From an uncultured archaeon (GTDB lineage Archaea > Aenigmatarchaeota > Aenigmatarchaeia > CG10238-14 > SCSR01): DNA of 64,000 bases. Made by a program: the position numbers and the translations under genes. Each line of letters opens with the position of its first letter. The first letter of the stretch is position 1. The stretch covers positions 9,546 through 73,545 of the forward strand of contig CAYJVM010000001.1 of assembly GCA_964373665.1 (NCBI GenBank). The letters run 5' to 3'. Positions 45,124 to 54,723 of this stretch are shown here, in pieces. The notes under the pieces were generated by a model. The model saw only the letters and a program-made list of their open reading frames with translations, did not search any database and had not been told where the DNA came from.

Positions 45124-46236
45124 ATGAAAGATTTTATCCAGATGACAGAAAATCTTGCAAAGATTGTAAGCGAACTTGAGAACCAAAGAAGGCAGGTGGG
45201 TCAGTTCCTTAGAGACATGAATTCTTTTACAAATCTTTCCTTAACAAACGAAATTCTGGAAGACAAAATAATCATACCCGTTGAAAAGTCCGAATTGAAC
45301 AACATCAGGATCGCGGGCATAGATGGCGGGATGGTGAAGAAATCCTTTCATGGTCTCGACATGCTCTTAATCCGAGCGATAGGCGTCGTCTTCAACTATG
45401 AAAACAACAAGCTTGCATCGACGGAATATTATCCAGATTCAATACCAATACCGGAACCGAAGACGGTCTTCGACCCCTTCAACGACTTGGAGTTCGAGAT
45501 TAATTCCAACATCGAGCGACAGCTGAAGGAGATCATTACTGCGAAAGAGACAATAGAGAAACATCACCCAGACATTCTCTTCCTTCACGGTTCTATAATA
45601 CCCCAATGCATCGGCCAGTACACGCTGGTACCCAAGGGTTCCATGCTCTATACCAGTTATCAGAGACTGATTGATGCATACAGACAATTGTTCGAAACAG
45701 TGAAAAGCAGCAAAACCGTCCTCGCGGGTGTCATCGAAGATTCGAGGGGTACAAGGTTCTGCGAGGTGCTGAACAGCTTACTTGTCACTCATTTCAATCC
45801 GCACATGACGCAGACGGCGAAGGTGGCCCTGCTCAAGTCGAAGGACTCAAACCTGTTGACATATGCTTTGAACCATGGGGAGAGGAGCTTTGTGTTTCCC
45901 TATTCAGCAAACCCGAAGAAGCACACGGTGCTGAAGGAGTTCCAGGACAGGGACAAGGTGCTGGTGTTTTATGTAAAGACAGCCGAGTTCGACAGGCCTT
46001 TAAGAGTGGAATTGTTTGCGGACAAGGGTGCTGCCGAGAAGGTCAACCTTGTATCATCATCCTTGCTTTCTCTTGCCGGTCATTCCAACTATGGCATACC
46101 GTCTGTCATTATAGAGGCGGACCAGAGGGCCAAGCTTCAGGAGAGCGATCTGGAGATGTTTTATCATGACATTATCAACAAGGCCGGAAATCTTGCAAGC
46201 TTGATGGAACAGAGGAGGAGCCAAAGACCATTCTAA
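45124..46236 (+). CDS. nurA: NurA 5'-3' nuclease
   Basis: IAGIDGG motif and RNase-H-like layout; 370 aa. Confidence 0.65.
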   Translation: MKDFIQMTENLAKIVSELENQRRQVGQFLRDMNSFTNLSLTNEILEDKIIIPVEKSELNNIRIAGIDGGMVKKSFHGLDMLLIRAIGVVFNYENNKLASTEYYPDSIPIPEPKTVFDPFNDLEFEINSNIERQLKEIITAKETIEKHHPDILFLHGSIIPQCIGQYTLVPKGSMLYTSYQRLIDAYRQLFETVKSSKTVLAGVIEDSRGTRFCEVLNSLLVTHFNPHMTQTAKVALLKSKDSNLLTYALNHGERSFVFPYSANPKKHTVLKEFQDRDKVLVFYVKTAEFDRPLRVELFADKGAAEKVNLVSSSLLSLAGHSNYGIPSVIIEADQRAKLQESDLEMFYHDIINKAGNLASLMEQRRSQRPF

Positions 46237-46471
46237 GTTAATGTTCCCGATTTGTTCGCATCTCTATATAATTCTTTGTAAGCTTTACTTCTCCAGTTTC
46301 TTCATTTATACTAACGCACTCCGAGAAAACTGACAACTTTAGTTGACAAATGAATCGAGTGAACCCTTTGTTCTTCAGGCTTTGTTACTTTTAAGATACC
46401 GCACCCTTTAGGGTGAATGTAGTTCATTTGCCTCTATAAACCAGAATTTAGAATTAAATTTATTAAACATA

Positions 46472-46876
46472 TCAGCGAGTTAATACAGGTTCGCGAGCTT
46501 CTGCAACTATCCGCTCCGCTTGTGCAATTACACTCGGCATTTCTATATATGACGGTGCTTCGGTACGTGTTACCCTTTCAAACAAATATTCGACTAGTTC
46601 AGTATCAGAAATTTCTTCTTGGTCCCAATCGCGTATAAACTGATTAAGATGCGACAATGTAGAGAACACAGTAGTAAGGGCACCTCTTAAAGGGTATGCG
46701 GATTGAACCGGACACTTTGGTCCAGGAATCGGCACATTTAGAAGTATATAATTAAACGGAAACAATACATTATATTTACCTCGAATCCACGGATTTCTTT
46801 CCCTATACCCGAGCATTTTGTAAACTTGTTTATCGCTTAGCGTGTCAAGTTCCTCCCTAACTGAGTAAGATATCAT
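46472..46876 (-). CDS. Hypothetical protein, co-transcribed with the SepF-like gene
   Basis: 134 aa; 1-nt overlap with the upstream gene. Confidence 0.4.
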   Translation of the reverse strand: MISYSVREELDTLSDKQVYKMLGYRERNPWIRGKYNVLFPFNYILLNVPIPGPKCPVQSAYPLRGALTTVFSTLSHLNQFIRDWDQEEISDTELVEYLFERVTRTEAPSYIEMPSVIAQAERIVAEAREPVLTR

Positions 46877-47226
46877 TAATATTCCCCAGGTCTTTCTATT
46901 CTGACGTAATTAGGTGTGGCAACCAGATAACCTTCAGGCAGCGCAACCAAGTCCCAGTTGAATTGCGTGCACATCCTCTTCATCTTCTGCACGGTGGTCT
47001 GAAACAACCCAACGTCGTTCCTCTGCAGATCCTTAACCTTCACAAGAATTACATGCCCCTGCTTCAAGTAGGAAGCAACCCTGTCCAAGTCCGTCAGGTT
47101 GTTGACAGTCTCTACCCGTATCTTCATCCTTTCCTGCACTACTTCTCCTTCAGGAAATTCTACAGAATCTCCGGCAGGCTCTCTAGAAACTTTTCTCTTG
47201 AATATATCTGCCAGACCCACACTCAC
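46876..47226 (-). CDS. sepF: SepF-like cell-division protein (DUF552)
   Basis: ...LKQGHVILVKVKDL...DLVALPEGYLVATPNYVRIE pattern. Confidence 0.5.
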   Translation of the reverse strand: MSVGLADIFKRKVSREPAGDSVEFPEGEVVQERMKIRVETVNNLTDLDRVASYLKQGHVILVKVKDLQRNDVGLFQTTVQKMKRMCTQFNWDLVALPEGYLVATPNYVRIERPGEY

Positions 47227-47264
47227 ACCTATGAAATTATATTGTCCATATAAATTTAAATAGG

Positions 47265-47483
47265 CTATACGGGTGAAGCGTAGACTATGGTGTCACCACG
47301 CACAAGAACATTGCCGAGCCTTATCTTCACATCGTTTTTCTGTATCTCCGCCTCGTCTATCCAAAGGTTCAAATGCAGGTCAAGCGCCTTTAGAATTCCG
47401 GTGACTTCCTCACCGTTCTTCAACTTTACCATTATCTTCTTTCCCTTGGCCCGGTCCAAAACATCAATCGGTCTGTCAGTCAT
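47265..47483 (-). CDS. Sm-like archaeal protein (LSm)
   Basis: IDVLDRAKGKKIMVKLKNGEEVTGILKALDLHLNLWIDEAE..VRGDTIVY. Confidence 0.8.
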   Translation of the reverse strand: MTDRPIDVLDRAKGKKIMVKLKNGEEVTGILKALDLHLNLWIDEAEIQKNDVKIRLGNVLVRGDTIVYASPV

Positions 47484-47579
47484 TACGTTCTGTTGTTATT
47501 TGACACTATAAATATAAAGCTTTATGCTTTCACAGTAGTTCGAGAAGTAGGTTTAAAAGTTGAAAATTAATCTCATTTT

Positions 47580-47747
47580 ATGTTACAAGATCGCCCTTTA
47601 ACATGTGATAAATGTGGTCAATCAAGCAATTATCCCAAAAATGAAGCATATAAAGACGGTGTGACATGCAAAAATTGCAATAAGGAGATAGATACGACTA
47701 AACTAAAAGTTCTCGACGTGGTAAAAGCATTTAGAGAAGAAGACTAG
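47580..47747 (+). CDS. Small Zn-ribbon protein (55 aa)
   Basis: MLQDRPLTCDKCGQ...VTCKNCNKEI; below the track threshold; abuts the transposase gene. Confidence 0.3.
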   Translation: MLQDRPLTCDKCGQSSNYPKNEAYKDGVTCKNCNKEIDTTKLKVLDVVKAFREED

Positions 47748-49315
47748 GTATGAACAATCTCATAAAGAGATTTCAAGAATAGCTTAAAGGTAACTACCCT
47801 TTTTGCAGCGTCCTTTATTCCAAGTTCTAACATTACAAGTAGGTTGATTAATGTCCATAAATTGTATAGTGCAACCGAAAACAGAAAATAGAATAATCTT
47901 ATTGAATAATTGTTAGATGTTGTCTTAACTAAACCTTCTCTTTTCTTAACACGGTATCCAGTTTCTATTCCCCATCTCTTACCATACATTCTAGGCAGGT
48001 TTTCAATCAAATCCACATCGTGACTGTTAATTGGAATGTTGGTTGCTATCTTCATCAGACCTTTAGTTCCTTCAACCAGAACAAGGTTCTTTATGATAGC
48101 GTTGCCTCTCTTATAGTTATGAATAACAAATGGTGGTGATACAGTTTCTATAACTTTCTTAACGCCTCTGTCATCAGGCAGTGGTACCACATAATTCAAT
48201 TTCATTGACTGCAACAGGTTGAATATTTTCTCGTTAGCGAATCCTCTATCCATGTAAATCTTGTTGATCTTGATTTTCTTCTGAGTATATTCTAACAACT
48301 CTTTAACTAAATCAGCTTCTCTATCGAAGATGAAAACAGGGAAAGCACATAACGTAAACCTAGTACCGTTTTCTACAATATCAAGAGTAATGTACTTGAA
48401 GTATCTGATAGTACCGTGATCATATTTGCTGTTGACGATGTTGGGATGGTTAGGATCTCCATAATAATGTTGGAAAGTATAGTCAACTGCAACATCAAAC
48501 TTTCTCTTATTAAATTTTCCAGACCTTTTAGCTATCCTAAACAACTCATCCGAAACTTTGGTAAATATGGCCTTGGTAGATTTAGGGTCGTGCTTCTTCA
48601 GATGATAAAGAATTGTGTTGGAAGCTGGTGAAATGGAGCCATTCTTCTTGTAGGACAATGCTCCACCATTCGTGAAACTACCTTCCAATGCCGAATGTAC
48701 TAGAACATCTAATATAGTGTTTTTAGTGTATTTTGCGTTATGCTTTATGTCAAGTTTTATCTTAGGATATATTATCTGTCTTAATCTTTTGGAGAGTTCG
48801 CTTAATTTCTGCTCCTTTTGATATTGTACATTGGTTTCTTTAACTGGCTCTATTTTTTCTTCTATTTTCGGAATTTCTGTGTCGAAACTCAGATCGAATT
48901 TCTCGGATATTTCCCTAATTTTTTTGACTATCAGTTCTATAATTTCCTTTTCTTCCTGAATGAGCTTGTGAACAAGAAAATAGGAAAAGCTCCTTTGGTC
49001 AGGTACCATTAATGTGTTGGTTTCGTCTTTGTCAAAACCTAGATTAAGTGCGTCGTTTTCGTTTGACTTTAGATAATCCGATAGATTTTTGGAGGATTTA
49101 ATTCCTTTCAATTGTTTGTAAATCAAGGCTCTTATCAACGATAATTTGGAGAATCTTATCATTTCTTCATCTGGTATTATGTGACCTATCTCCAGTTTAG
49201 ATAGAAATTCAGATAACTTGATAGAGCTAACATTCTTTAAACTAACAAAATTCTTATATACAGTCTTTTCAATTTTACTAATGGGGATTGTTGCTGTCAT
49301 AGGTAACATCTCCAC
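47744..49315 (-). CDS. DDE transposase, IS4-superfamily (IS1634/ISH3-like size)
   Basis: 523 aa; C-terminal KRWGIETGYRVKKRE (Y..RW.IE....K signature of IS4-type DDE transposases). Confidence 0.7.
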   Translation of the reverse strand: MEMLPMTATIPISKIEKTVYKNFVSLKNVSSIKLSEFLSKLEIGHIIPDEEMIRFSKLSLIRALIYKQLKGIKSSKNLSDYLKSNENDALNLGFDKDETNTLMVPDQRSFSYFLVHKLIQEEKEIIELIVKKIREISEKFDLSFDTEIPKIEEKIEPVKETNVQYQKEQKLSELSKRLRQIIYPKIKLDIKHNAKYTKNTILDVLVHSALEGSFTNGGALSYKKNGSISPASNTILYHLKKHDPKSTKAIFTKVSDELFRIAKRSGKFNKRKFDVAVDYTFQHYYGDPNHPNIVNSKYDHGTIRYFKYITLDIVENGTRFTLCAFPVFIFDREADLVKELLEYTQKKIKINKIYMDRGFANEKIFNLLQSMKLNYVVPLPDDRGVKKVIETVSPPFVIHNYKRGNAIIKNLVLVEGTKGLMKIATNIPINSHDVDLIENLPRMYGKRWGIETGYRVKKREGLVKTTSNNYSIRLFYFLFSVALYNLWTLINLLVMLELGIKDAAKRVVTFKLFLKSLYEIVHT

Positions 49316-49496
49316 CAGAGGAGTCAGTTCACAAGGCTAGCTCCTCTGGCTTACTTATCCAATGGGATAAGATTATTAGTCCTTATCCATAGTCTTATCC
49401 ATAGGTATAATATATATGTACTAGTATTTAAGCTTATCGGTATGGCTATCGGTAGAAAGTATTTAAATATAATAAACGAATTACTTTTAGATTAAT

Positions 49497-49700
49497 ATGG
49501 AAGACGAAATATCCAAGAAAATTGTCAGTACCATTAAATCTTCAGACGAACCAATCGAAACAAAAGAGATAGAACAAAAAATCAAAGGTGTGTCTAGAGA
49601 TAAGATATTGTACAGATTGTTTAATTTGAGAGGTGAAGGAGTAATTAAAGGAAAACAAGTAGGCTCAGGTAAAGGTACTTGGATATGGTGGAAAAAGTAA
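49497..49700 (+). CDS. Small winged-helix protein upstream of the R-M gene (candidate controller/regulator)
   Basis: IETKEIEQKIKGVSRDKILYRLFNLRGEGVIKGKQ. Confidence 0.45.
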   Translation: MEDEISKKIVSTIKSSDEPIETKEIEQKIKGVSRDKILYRLFNLRGEGVIKGKQVGSGKGTWIWWKK

Positions 49701-49718
49701 ACTGCATCAGGAGATAAT

Positions 49719-52700
49719 ATGGTAGAAAAACCAGACTTTGTAGATTCCGTCTTGAACTCTTTTAAGAATATATTAGGAGAGGTAGAGAAAGGCTCATCTG
49801 AACACGATATCAGATACAAGTTTGTCAAGTATTTTCTCGAGGATGTACTAGGTTACGAACCAAGACTGATCAAATGGGAAAAGAAGAGAGCTGACTTGAC
49901 CATCATAGACGATAACAATTTTTCTGTAATAATGATAGAAACGAAAAGACCCCAAGAGGACATAGAGAAAGCATCGATAGAAGAACAGGCTTTCAAGTAT
50001 GAGGAGGGAACTACAAAATACATAGGACTGACTAATTTTTCTCGGTTCAAATTATGGGAAACTAAGGATTCTAAAAGAGAACTGAAGGCGGACATAGACT
50101 TTTCGAGACTAATAGAAAGAAAAAGTGAACTATCGACTGAGGATAAAGGTAATATACTATTTCTGAATAATCTCACCAAAGATCAAATTTTTGATGCAAG
50201 AAAATACGAGAAATTCGACGAAACATATGCTAAAATCGATATAACGAAAGACGTTGGATTTAGAAAATTGTTGGAGAAGCTTAATTTCATTGCCAATAAT
50301 CTTTTGCTGGGATATACGCTGAAAGCATTTGGAGAATACAAAGAAGGTTATGGTAGATACCTGGAAGAATTGAAGCAAGTCGAGAAAGTGTCTAATAATT
50401 CGCATAAAGAAATTAATCATGGTGTGGCCAAGTTCAAGCAAAAGCTAGAGGAAAAATATGAAAAATACAGGACATTTTCTGGCTATTATTTATGGAAGGA
50501 GTATTCGGGAAAAGAGAACATTACAGATGATGAGATAAAGGAAGTTTTCTGCAAAGAAACAATTTACGTATTCCTTAACAAGTTGCTCTTCCTAAGAATA
50601 TGCGAAGATAAGGGATTGCTTGAGAAGAATATTTCAAACGGTGGAATCGAAGAGTTAAGAGCTGTCCTCAAAAAGAGATTTGAAAAAGATATCTTAAACA
50701 AAGAAATACTAAAGCTGGCTTTTGAGAGTGCGAAAGGTCTGTACTCCCATTTTTACGAGACGGGTATCTTGGATTGGTTTAGAACTGGAGATGGTGAACT
50801 AAACGAGTTGTTGAACAGAGTGCTGTGGATAATGAATTCGTTCAACTTTAGACATGTTGACAGGGATATACTAGGCAACCTTTATGAAAAATACCTTCCC
50901 AGTAACGAAAGAAAAAGATTGGGGGAATTTTACACACCAGTTGAGGTTATAGACTACATTTTAACGTCTGTTGGATATACTTACAGCTATGATATTGAAA
51001 CTAAAGATTTGTTAGATCCAGCGTGTGGTTCAGGCGGTTTCTTAGTTAGAGGTACAAGAAGATTAATTAGCAGGTATTTGATGAAATTTGGTAAATCTGA
51101 CAAGAAAGAATTGAGAGATCCTAAAAATTGGAAGGAGATTGTTAGTAGATTGTCACCTGACGAAGCAAAAATAATTCTTGAATCTATTAAAGAACATATT
51201 TATGGTCTTGATGTCAATCCTTTTGCCTGCCACATTGCTGAGATGAACCTTCTTTTTCAAGTAGTAGATTTGTATCAGAAAGCTAGAGAAAAATATAGAG
51301 ATTACAAGTTAGGAAGATTCAAAATATATAGAACAGATTCTTTGGAAAAACCTAGTCAAAAACAGATTTTTGATTACACCCATTCGACATTCTTGGAAGA
51401 GCAGGAAGAGATCGATAAGATTAAGAGCAAGAAGTTTGATTTTGTTACGGGTAACCCACCATATATCCGCGTACAAATGTTGGATGAGAGAGTGAAGAAG
51501 TATATTACCGAGAATTACAAAACGGCTTATAGCAACTTTGATTTATATGTTATTTTTATTGAGCGTGGTCTGAATTGGCTTAAGGATAATGGGAATTTTG
51601 GATACATTACGTCCAATCAATTCATAAATAGAGAATATGGTAAAAAATTAAGAAAATATATTTTGGAAAATTCCAAAATCATAAGCATAATAGATTTCGG
51701 TGATTCTGGAGTATTCAAGGATGCTACAAATTATCCAATGATACTGATTTTTAAAAGGGGCACACAAAAATCTAATAGGTTCAAATTTATAAAAGTAAAG
51801 CAATCGAAAGATAATTTAATTGGAGATATTTTTTCCAAGTTTAAGGAAAAAGAATATAATGGTCCTTATTTTGATATTTTTGAAATTGAACAGAATAAAC
51901 TTTCCGAAGAAACATGGCAACTATTTTCAGGTACAATAATTAAAATTCTAGAAAAGCTAGAAAAGAATATTAAACTGAAGGATCTGTGTAGAGAAAATGG
52001 TGTAGTAGTTGGTGTACAAACAGGATTAAATGATGTTTATGTTGTAAATAAAGACACTATTAACAAATACAAATTAGAAAGCAGTTTAATCAAAAAGTTG
52101 TTAGACAGTAGAGATGTAAGACGATGGAAAATAAATCATAGTGGACTGTATTTAATATACCCTTATTACGAAAGGGGTGGAAAAACAATCTTGATTGATG
52201 AAAAGACATTGAAGTCTGATTTTTCGAACGTTTATTCATATTTACTTGAAAATAAAAATAAACTTATAAAACGATGGGGTGTGAAAAACTGTTGGTATGA
52301 ATTGCCAACCGCAAGAACTCTAAATTTCTTTGAACAGAAAAAAATTTTAACTCCGACCATAAGTAATTTTAACAACTTTGCCTTAGATACAAATGGACTT
52401 TTCTTTGCGAAAGGAGCAGGAGGAAGCTATGGAATTATATTAAAAAATGATAGCAAAGATAACTATCTTTACATTTTGGGTCTGATAAATTCCAGATTGT
52501 TAGAATTCTACTTAAAGCAATTTCTTCCTGTAAAAGCCGGTGGATGGTATGAATATATAGCAGCATATCTGGAAAAACTCCCTATCAAACTTCCAGAAAC
52601 TGCAGAGGAAAAGAAAATTACCAATCAGATAATCAAGAAAGTAGACGAAATTTTAGAATTGCATAAATCTGGAATTGTGGATATAGACACTGCACTTGAA

Positions 52701-53096
52701 AATGTAGAAACAGAGAAACTATGCAATTTACCAAAAATAACATTCAATATAAAAGATGATGCTAAATTTGAGAAAGTTAAAACAGAAGGAAACAAAATTT
52801 ACATCAATTCTCAGGATTTCATAGAGGTCAAAGACAAGAAACTTAAGGACTTTGTTGAAATGTATCTCAACTTTAACAGTGAAAAGTTATCTAAAGATAT
52901 CAAAAGTATGCTTATCAACATTCCTATTCCAAAATCCGATGAAATTCTAAAAGATGTAATAGCTAAAGGCGGTATCGATTATTCACAGATTAAAGAAGAA
53001 ATTAGAAAACTAGAGCAGGAAATTAACGATTTGGTTTATCAAATTTATGGAATAACTAAAGAAGAACAACATGTTATAGATAATAGTATTAAATAA
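49719..53096 (+). CDS. Type IIG restriction-modification enzyme (fused PD-(D/E)xK endonuclease, gamma-class N6-adenine methyltransferase and target-recognition domain; Eco57I/MmeI-like)
   Basis: N-terminal D..E.K (ADLTIIDD..VIMIETKRP); MTase motif I LDPACGSGGFLV and motif IV FDFVTGNPPYIRV; 1125 aa. Confidence 0.8.
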   Translation: MVEKPDFVDSVLNSFKNILGEVEKGSSEHDIRYKFVKYFLEDVLGYEPRLIKWEKKRADLTIIDDNNFSVIMIETKRPQEDIEKASIEEQAFKYEEGTTKYIGLTNFSRFKLWETKDSKRELKADIDFSRLIERKSELSTEDKGNILFLNNLTKDQIFDARKYEKFDETYAKIDITKDVGFRKLLEKLNFIANNLLLGYTLKAFGEYKEGYGRYLEELKQVEKVSNNSHKEINHGVAKFKQKLEEKYEKYRTFSGYYLWKEYSGKENITDDEIKEVFCKETIYVFLNKLLFLRICEDKGLLEKNISNGGIEELRAVLKKRFEKDILNKEILKLAFESAKGLYSHFYETGILDWFRTGDGELNELLNRVLWIMNSFNFRHVDRDILGNLYEKYLPSNERKRLGEFYTPVEVIDYILTSVGYTYSYDIETKDLLDPACGSGGFLVRGTRRLISRYLMKFGKSDKKELRDPKNWKEIVSRLSPDEAKIILESIKEHIYGLDVNPFACHIAEMNLLFQVVDLYQKAREKYRDYKLGRFKIYRTDSLEKPSQKQIFDYTHSTFLEEQEEIDKIKSKKFDFVTGNPPYIRVQMLDERVKKYITENYKTAYSNFDLYVIFIERGLNWLKDNGNFGYITSNQFINREYGKKLRKYILENSKIISIIDFGDSGVFKDATNYPMILIFKRGTQKSNRFKFIKVKQSKDNLIGDIFSKFKEKEYNGPYFDIFEIEQNKLSEETWQLFSGTIIKILEKLEKNIKLKDLCRENGVVVGVQTGLNDVYVVNKDTINKYKLESSLIKKLLDSRDVRRWKINHSGLYLIYPYYERGGKTILIDEKTLKSDFSNVYSYLLENKNKLIKRWGVKNCWYELPTARTLNFFEQKKILTPTISNFNNFALDTNGLFFAKGAGGSYGIILKNDSKDNYLYILGLINSRLLEFYLKQFLPVKAGGWYEYIAAYLEKLPIKLPETAEEKKITNQIIKKVDEILELHKSGIVDIDTALENVETEKLCNLPKITFNIKDDAKFEKVKTEGNKIYINSQDFIEVKDKKLKDFVEMYLNFNSEKLSKDIKSMLINIPIPKSDEILKDVIAKGGIDYSQIKEEIRKLEQEINDLVYQIYGITKEEQHVIDNSIK

Positions 53097-53102
53097 TATA
53101 AC

Positions 53103-53594
53103 TTATTTTGGAATATACTTAATTACTTTTACCAAACCCTTCCATTGTTTCACGGGAATCTTAACAAACTTATTAGATGCAATATAAGATTCTATACTTT
53201 TAGAACTTAGAGACTTTGATACAGATGTGCCTTTTAAAATTAGTGTAAATGTACCTAAATCACCTAAACTTGTAAATCTACAAATTTTCTTATCATAGTA
53301 CTGTCCCGCATACATAGAACATACTTCGTTGCGTATTTCTGAGTCCAAATTAAGAGTTAATATTTCATGAATTACACCATTAGCTATTACATCTCCTTCA
53401 CCACTGACACAAACCTCATAGTTTTCCATAGTAAACTCAGGAGGACATACAATCAAATCATCAAGTTGTGCTAATGCATTTTCAACAGCCGGTAGTGTAG
53501 CATCTATAACTTGATCTGCAACCCACATTTGAAAGAGAAATACAATTAGAGCTGTTATACTAATGCCACCTATTATCGGTATACCCCCTTTCAT
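53103..53594 (-). CDS. Membrane-anchored/secreted protein with four Cys
   Basis: N-terminal TM GGIPIIGGISITALIVFLF; last gene of a minus-strand string. Confidence 0.4.
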   Translation of the reverse strand: MKGGIPIIGGISITALIVFLFQMWVADQVIDATLPAVENALAQLDDLIVCPPEFTMENYEVCVSGEGDVIANGVIHEILTLNLDSEIRNEVCSMYAGQYYDKKICRFTSLGDLGTFTLILKGTSVSKSLSSKSIESYIASNKFVKIPVKQWKGLVKVIKYIPK

Positions 53595-53905
53595 TAAATC
53601 ATCTTTAATAAACTAGTCTAATTCCAACTTCAGCCTCTTTTATAGCATTATTTTCAACGAGTTTGGATAATCCCCACATCAACAAAAAGAAACCACAAAT
53701 GCTTGCTAGAGTGTATGTTGAACTATCATTCCGATATTCTTGCTGATAATAGTTCACGAGTTCACCTCCTGTAGCTCTGCATATTTTCTATGCCTTTTAG
53801 AAAAAGGAAGATGCATCATATTGTACGCATAATTCCATTGCTTTTCCGTCATGGATTTGAAACCTTTATTACAAATATTACAAACTCTTTTTGATTTCAT
53901 AACAT

Positions 53906-54310
53906 TCAACCTCTAGGTGTCCAAATTTCATTTGCGGATATTCCAAGTTGACGAAGTCTTTCCTTAACTGACTCTCTGCTAGAACTAGTATTACACGTTT
54001 TTGGGACAACTATATGGAATTCACTTCCAGTAGTTCTTGATCTGTTGTAAAAGGCAGTCCATTGTCTTTCTGTATGTTGATCAAATATAGAACTACATGT
54101 TTCAGCTTCTAAAATAATAAGACTTCTATTAACACCATTTTTATAACAAGTTAAATCTGGTATATAACCATTAATGGAATCCGGCCTAGAGTAACCGTCC
54201 AAATCAGCTTTGATATCTGTACACCCAAGACTTTTAAAATGATTTGCCATCATTTCAATAAGTTGTATATGTTCTTTACTCTCTGCTGAGGTTCTAGTCA
54301 TAAAAATCAT
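53906..54310 (-). CDS. Hjc-like PD-(D/E)xK-fold protein, paralogue 2 (E-x-E-T variant)
   Basis: IQLIEMMANHFKSLGCTDIKADLDGY...PDLTCYKNGVNRSLIILEAET aligns to Hjc ERELv.lLek.GfaVvRsAGS...vDliA.ngk..l.IEvK; catalytic-position Lys replaced by Glu. Confidence 0.45.
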   Translation of the reverse strand: MIFMTRTSAESKEHIQLIEMMANHFKSLGCTDIKADLDGYSRPDSINGYIPDLTCYKNGVNRSLIILEAETCSSIFDQHTERQWTAFYNRSRTTGSEFHIVVPKTCNTSSSRESVKERLRQLGISANEIWTPRG

Positions 54311-54600
54311 CTCATACGTCTAACCCTAACCTCTGTATTTGGTCTATTTTTGGCATATTTCCTAAGGAGTCTCCTCTGATTAATATCTCTCCTGAAAGAA
54401 GTTGGGGTCTCAACTTCGACTATTCTAGTCTTCTTCCCTTTTTTTGCAATTATATCGGGTCTTACTGAATGACTGTGTACTCTAAGTGTTCTAGGTTTAT
54501 CGAATCCAGAAACATCTGCATGTACTCTCCAACCATAACTTTCTAACGCAGCAGCTCTTCTAATTACAGATTTATCGTGCTTCGAGATTTTACGGCTCAT
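54307..54600 (-). CDS. Hjc-like PD-(D/E)xK-fold protein, paralogue 1 (E-x-E-T variant)
   Basis: RRAAALESYGWRVHADVSGF...RPDIIAKKGKKTRIVEVET; same pattern as its neighbour; ATGA overlap. Confidence 0.45.
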   Translation of the reverse strand: MSRKISKHDKSVIRRAAALESYGWRVHADVSGFDKPRTLRVHSHSVRPDIIAKKGKKTRIVEVETPTSFRRDINQRRLLRKYAKNRPNTEVRVRRMR

Positions 54601-54723
54601 TTTCTTTCAATATTAATTATAAGCTAACACTTAAATACTTTGTTTTTGCATGTAGTTTGCGTATACTAGGTATAATATGGGGAAAGAACATACTGATATA
54701 AGGCTATAAAAGAAAATAATAAT

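Larger units (their letters stand above)
47518..49463 (-). mobile_element. Putative insertion sequence (boundaries tentative)
   Basis: The transposase gene is flanked by a 9-bp direct repeat TAAATATAA (47509-47517 and 49464-49472), possibly a target-site duplication. Subterminal palindromes lie next to the transposase start. Confidence 0.3.

Noticed and set aside
49316-49500. Palindromes and tandem short repeats upstream of the transposase, considered as a separate regulatory RNA
   Set aside because: They are more simply explained as subterminal transposase-binding or promoter sequences of the IS element.
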